Positions 16,841-18,841 of a stretch of DNA of 18,841 bases are shown here, one piece after another. Each line of letters starts with the position of its first letter. Within the stretch, counting starts at the first letter, position 1. The notes below the pieces were generated by a model. That model did not search any database. It saw only the letters and a program-made list of their open reading frames with translations, and was not told the DNA's origin. This stretch comes from a virus. Made by a program: the position numbers and the translations under genes. The DNA lies in UHGV virus genome UHGV-1439128; one strand, 5' to 3'.

Positions 16841-17191
16841 TCATTTGAAGCGTTCACGCCCTGTTTTCGAGCGGTGGCAAGGCCAGCACAGGCTTTCAAG
16901 GTTCGAATCATCATCGGTACCCCCATGAGCCTTAGCCTTGATATGGTCAACGGTTGTGGCCGCGACAGCGCGTCCAGTACGCAGGCAGTTCTGACACAGA
17001 TGATTATCACGCTTCAGGATGCGCGCGCGCTTGATATCCCACTTGCCGCCGTAACCACGCTCATGGCGGCTCTTACCCTGCTGGTGCTGTTGCCAGCCCT
17101 CATTTCGATGCTGCTCACAGTAGCCTGAACGGTCCGTAGTCGTACCGGGACAACCTCTCTTGCGACATGCGCGAGGGATTAACGCTGGCAT
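16841..17191 (-). CDS. HNH endonuclease (terminase-associated), 116 aa
   Basis: Cys/His-rich with an HNH signature: CxxC...DHIKAKAHGG...N...LCWPCH; sits immediately upstream of the cos-like region and terS. Confidence 0.8.
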   Translation of the reverse strand: MPALIPRACRKRGCPGTTTDRSGYCEQHRNEGWQQHQQGKSRHERGYGGKWDIKRARILKRDNHLCQNCLRTGRAVAATTVDHIKAKAHGGTDDDSNLESLCWPCHRSKTGRERFK

Positions 17192-17412
17192 GGTTCAATC
17201 CTCACGGAACCGTAGAGCGTATGCCGCTTCACTTCATCGTTCTCTGCCGTCATATAACCACGCTCATCAGGAACGGCTGCGATTACTTCGCCCTTCTCAT
17301 CGTCAGCAGTGAAGACATGCTTAACTTCAACACCATTGAGATAAACGCTATACCGCTCTTTGCTGAGGTTTATTTTTCTTCCAGGATCATCATCTAAAAC
17401 GGTTAGTCTCAT
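17179..17412 (-). CDS. Hypothetical small protein (accessory / moron-like), 77 aa
   Basis: ATG at 17412 with AGGGGA 6 nt upstream; visibly more AT-rich than the flanking structural genes; 3' end overlaps the HNH start by 13 nt; no family recognised. Confidence 0.5.
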   Translation of the reverse strand: MRLTVLDDDPGRKINLSKERYSVYLNGVEVKHVFTADDEKGEVIAAVPDERGYMTAENDEVKRHTLYGSVRIEPCQR

Positions 17413-17508
17413 TCTTATCCCCTACTTGGTATATTGATTATCTTATTCGCTTGAAGGGATAACCATTATCAAGCCCACCCGTAGATGGGCTTTGTAATGC
17501 CTACATGG

Positions 17509-17988
17509 TTAAATGATTTGCCAGTCTTCAGCCATCAGGTCGCCAATGGATGGAACCCATGTAGCAAGGCGGTTCTGTGAGTTTTTCAATACAAGCGTGT
17601 CATTGAAAGTTGGCTCGCCAACATATTCGCCAAAGCCATAACCCAACGCAGACGCTAATTTTTCCCCTTTCACGAGATAAACAAACTGGTCTTTCCCATT
17701 CCATCCTGCCCGCTGCAAACTTTTGCCCTGTTTTAACGCTTCCATGGCAAGGCCGAAACTTAGTCCTGATACCGGACGATAAGCCTTTTCGAATACTTCT
17801 TTTGGACTCCAGCTAACGTAGCCATCAAAGCGATCGGTGTTAGGTTTTCCGCCATCCAGATATTCAACCAGATAGCCTTCGTCCTCGCCGTTTTCTCCGG
17901 CAGGAAGCTGCCAGCCACGAAAATCGTTATATGCCTGTCTCGTCATCGGAAAGGCGTTAATCAGTTTTACGCCAATATGCTGGGTCAT
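17509..17988 (-). CDS. Two-domain accessory protein; C-terminal half DUF2829-like (possible Tad2-like anti-defence sponge), 159 aa
   Basis: C-terminal half contains 'AMEALKQGKSLQRAGWNGKDQFVYLV' and ends '...GDLMAEDWQII', matching my recollection of DUF2829 signatures (ALKxGKKVxRxGWNGKG ... DLLAEDWEI); lower GC than neighbours; lies in the accessory slot between the lysis cassette and packaging genes. Confidence 0.55.
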   Translation of the reverse strand: MTQHIGVKLINAFPMTRQAYNDFRGWQLPAGENGEDEGYLVEYLDGGKPNTDRFDGYVSWSPKEVFEKAYRPVSGLSFGLAMEALKQGKSLQRAGWNGKDQFVYLVKGEKLASALGYGFGEYVGEPTFNDTLVLKNSQNRLATWVPSIGDLMAEDWQII

Positions 17989-18010
17989 AAAATTACCTAT
18001 GGAGTTGGGA

Positions 18011-18035
18011 ATAAAAAACCCCGCGAATGCGAGGC
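18011..18035 (-). terminator. Intrinsic terminator downstream of the lysis cassette
   Basis: Minus-strand RNA: GCCUCGC-AUUC-GCGGGG (stem with one or two G-U pairs) followed by UUUUUUAUU; lies between the Rz stop and the 159-aa gene. Confidence 0.5.
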
Positions 18036-18069
18036 TAAATCCTGGTGTTTGTAATGACTGGCTCTTATC

Positions 18070-18213
18070 TCAACGCAGCCCCTTACCGCGCGCCAGATGC
18101 TCAACTTCAAGCATCAGCAATGAGATGTTTAATCTGGATTCACTCCAGAAGTGATCACCACCCTGTCTACAGAGCCAGATGTGAAGGATGATGAGTAAAA
18201 TTATCGCTATCAT
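18070..18213 (-). CDS. Possible small hydrophobic ORF translationally coupled to Rz, 47 aa (speculative)
   Basis: ATG at 18213..18211 overlaps the Rz stop in an ATGA arrangement; product [47 protein letters not shown] has a hydrophobic N-terminus; ends about 35 nt before the terminator. Below the ORF-track size cut-off, with rare codons and no clear RBS. Confidence 0.25.
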   Translation of the reverse strand: MIAIILLIILHIWLCRQGGDHFWSESRLNISLLMLEVEHLARGKGLR

Positions 18214-18677
18214 CGAAGGCATTGCGTCCTGATGTATTCCTGAAGCGTTCTCAGTGCTGTTTGGTCGCGGATAATTCCGTCCCGGATACCGAGAACGTTT
18301 CGTCCAGCAACTGGAGAGAGTTCGACGGTGGCATCATTGCCCATGCCGGAGGCGCTGGAGGTTTCGGCTGAGGATGGCACAGGGCATTTTCCTTTGACGA
18401 GCACCCGACCACCATTATCAAGCTTGCGCCGAAGAGCATCATTTTCAGCTTTCGCATCAGCTAACTCCTTCGTGTATTTATCATCGAGTGCATCAGCATC
18501 ACGCTGGCGCTGCTGCATGTCAGTAATGGTGGCGTTCGCCTTCTCCAGTTCACTGGCCTTGTTATCGCGCTGTTCTTTGTAGGCGATTGCATTATCACGG
18601 TAATGATTAACAGCCCATGACAGGCAGACGATGATGCAGATAACCAGAGCGGAGATAATCGCGGTTACTCTGTTCAT
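18210..18677 (-). CDS. Rz: Spanin inner-membrane subunit (i-spanin), 155 aa from the ATG start
   Basis: N-terminus [31 protein letters not shown]... is nearly identical to my recollection of lambda Rz ([32 protein letters not shown]...); N-terminal TM segment plus coiled-coil region; ATG at 18677 overlaps the endolysin TGA (ATGA). The GTG at 18689 used by the ORF track is probably not the true start. Confidence 0.85.
   Translation of the reverse strand: MNRVTAIISALVICIIVCLSWAVNHYRDNAIAYKEQRDNKASELEKANATITDMQQRQRDADALDDKYTKELADAKAENDALRRKLDNGGRVLVKGKCPVPSSAETSSASGMGNDATVELSPVAGRNVLGIRDGIIRDQTALRTLQEYIRTQCLR
18251..18457 (-). CDS. Rz1: Spanin outer-membrane lipoprotein subunit (o-spanin), embedded in the +1 frame of Rz, 68 aa
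   Basis: Entirely within Rz in another frame; AAGGAG 7 nt upstream; lipoprotein signal with lipobox LIMVVGC followed by a Pro-rich segment ([16 protein letters not shown]), closely resembling lambda Rz1. Confidence 0.8.
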   Translation of the reverse strand: MRKLKMMLFGASLIMVVGCSSKENALCHPQPKPPAPPAWAMMPPSNSLQLLDETFSVSGTELSATKQH

Positions 18678-18841
18678 TGCTGACCCCACAAACAGATTTC
18701 ACGCTCAATCTCACGACGAGTCATGAGACCTTTCCATTGCTTACCGCCAGCATATGTCCAGCGACGTAGCTGATCACATGCGCCTTTGATATCGCCCTGG
18801 TTTATTTTGCGAAGAAGCGTCGATGTTCTGAAATTGCCAGC
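18674..18841 (-). CDS. Endolysin, GH24 phage-lysozyme type, 3' portion only (5' end outside window)
   Basis: Frame open from the window edge to TGA at 18676..18674; C-terminus ...[50 protein letters not shown] resembles T4/P22-type lysozyme C-termini; directly upstream of Rz/Rz1. Confidence 0.65.
   Translation of the reverse strand, partial: AGNFRTSTLLRKINQGDIKGACDQLRRWTYAGGKQWKGLMTRREIEREICLWGQQ

Noticed and set aside
17465-17470. -10-like GATAAT (minus strand) upstream of the 77-aa gene as a moron promoter
   Set aside because: No convincing -35 element at 16-18 bp spacing; cannot support a promoter call from sequence alone.
18678-18689. GTG start for Rz used by the ORF track (159 aa)
   Set aside because: The ATG at 18677 overlaps the endolysin stop (ATGA) and gives an N-terminus matching lambda Rz (M[11 protein letters not shown]...); the extra upstream codons lie inside the endolysin gene.
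1-18841. CRISPR arrays, tRNA or tmRNA genes, IS elements, integrase or attachment-site repeats
   Set aside because: No direct-repeat/spacer periodicity, no tRNA-like cloverleaf candidates, no transposase-like ORFs and no terminal inverted repeats were seen; the window appears to be wholly interior to the prophage late region.

Overview
The window is an interior segment of the late (lysis, packaging, head, tail) region of a lambdoid, HK97-like siphovirus prophage, probably from an Enterobacteriaceae host, with every credible gene on the minus strand. Reading along the minus strand (high to low coordinates): 3' end of a GH24-type endolysin, an Rz/Rz1 spanin pair very similar to lambda's, an intrinsic terminator, two lower-GC accessory ('moron-like') genes, an HNH endonuclease, a candidate cos/packaging region, terminase small and large subunits, portal, ClpP-like prohead protease, HK97-fold major capsid protein, four head-tail connector/completion genes, major tail protein, a G/GT-type tail chaperone pair with a -1 frameshift site, tape measure protein, three small tail-tip proteins (one NlpC/P60-like), and a 1027-aa host-specificity protein. 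No tRNA, CRISPR array, IS element, integrase or attachment site is visible. Most of this is canonical phage architecture. The best candidate for something new is the 159-aa accessory protein at 17509..17988, whose C-terminal half resembles DUF2829, the family I recall as including the anti-Thoeris sponge Tad2, together with its 77-aa neighbour and the cos-proximal intergenic region. All family assignments rest on motifs I recognise by eye and on gene order; no database search was run.
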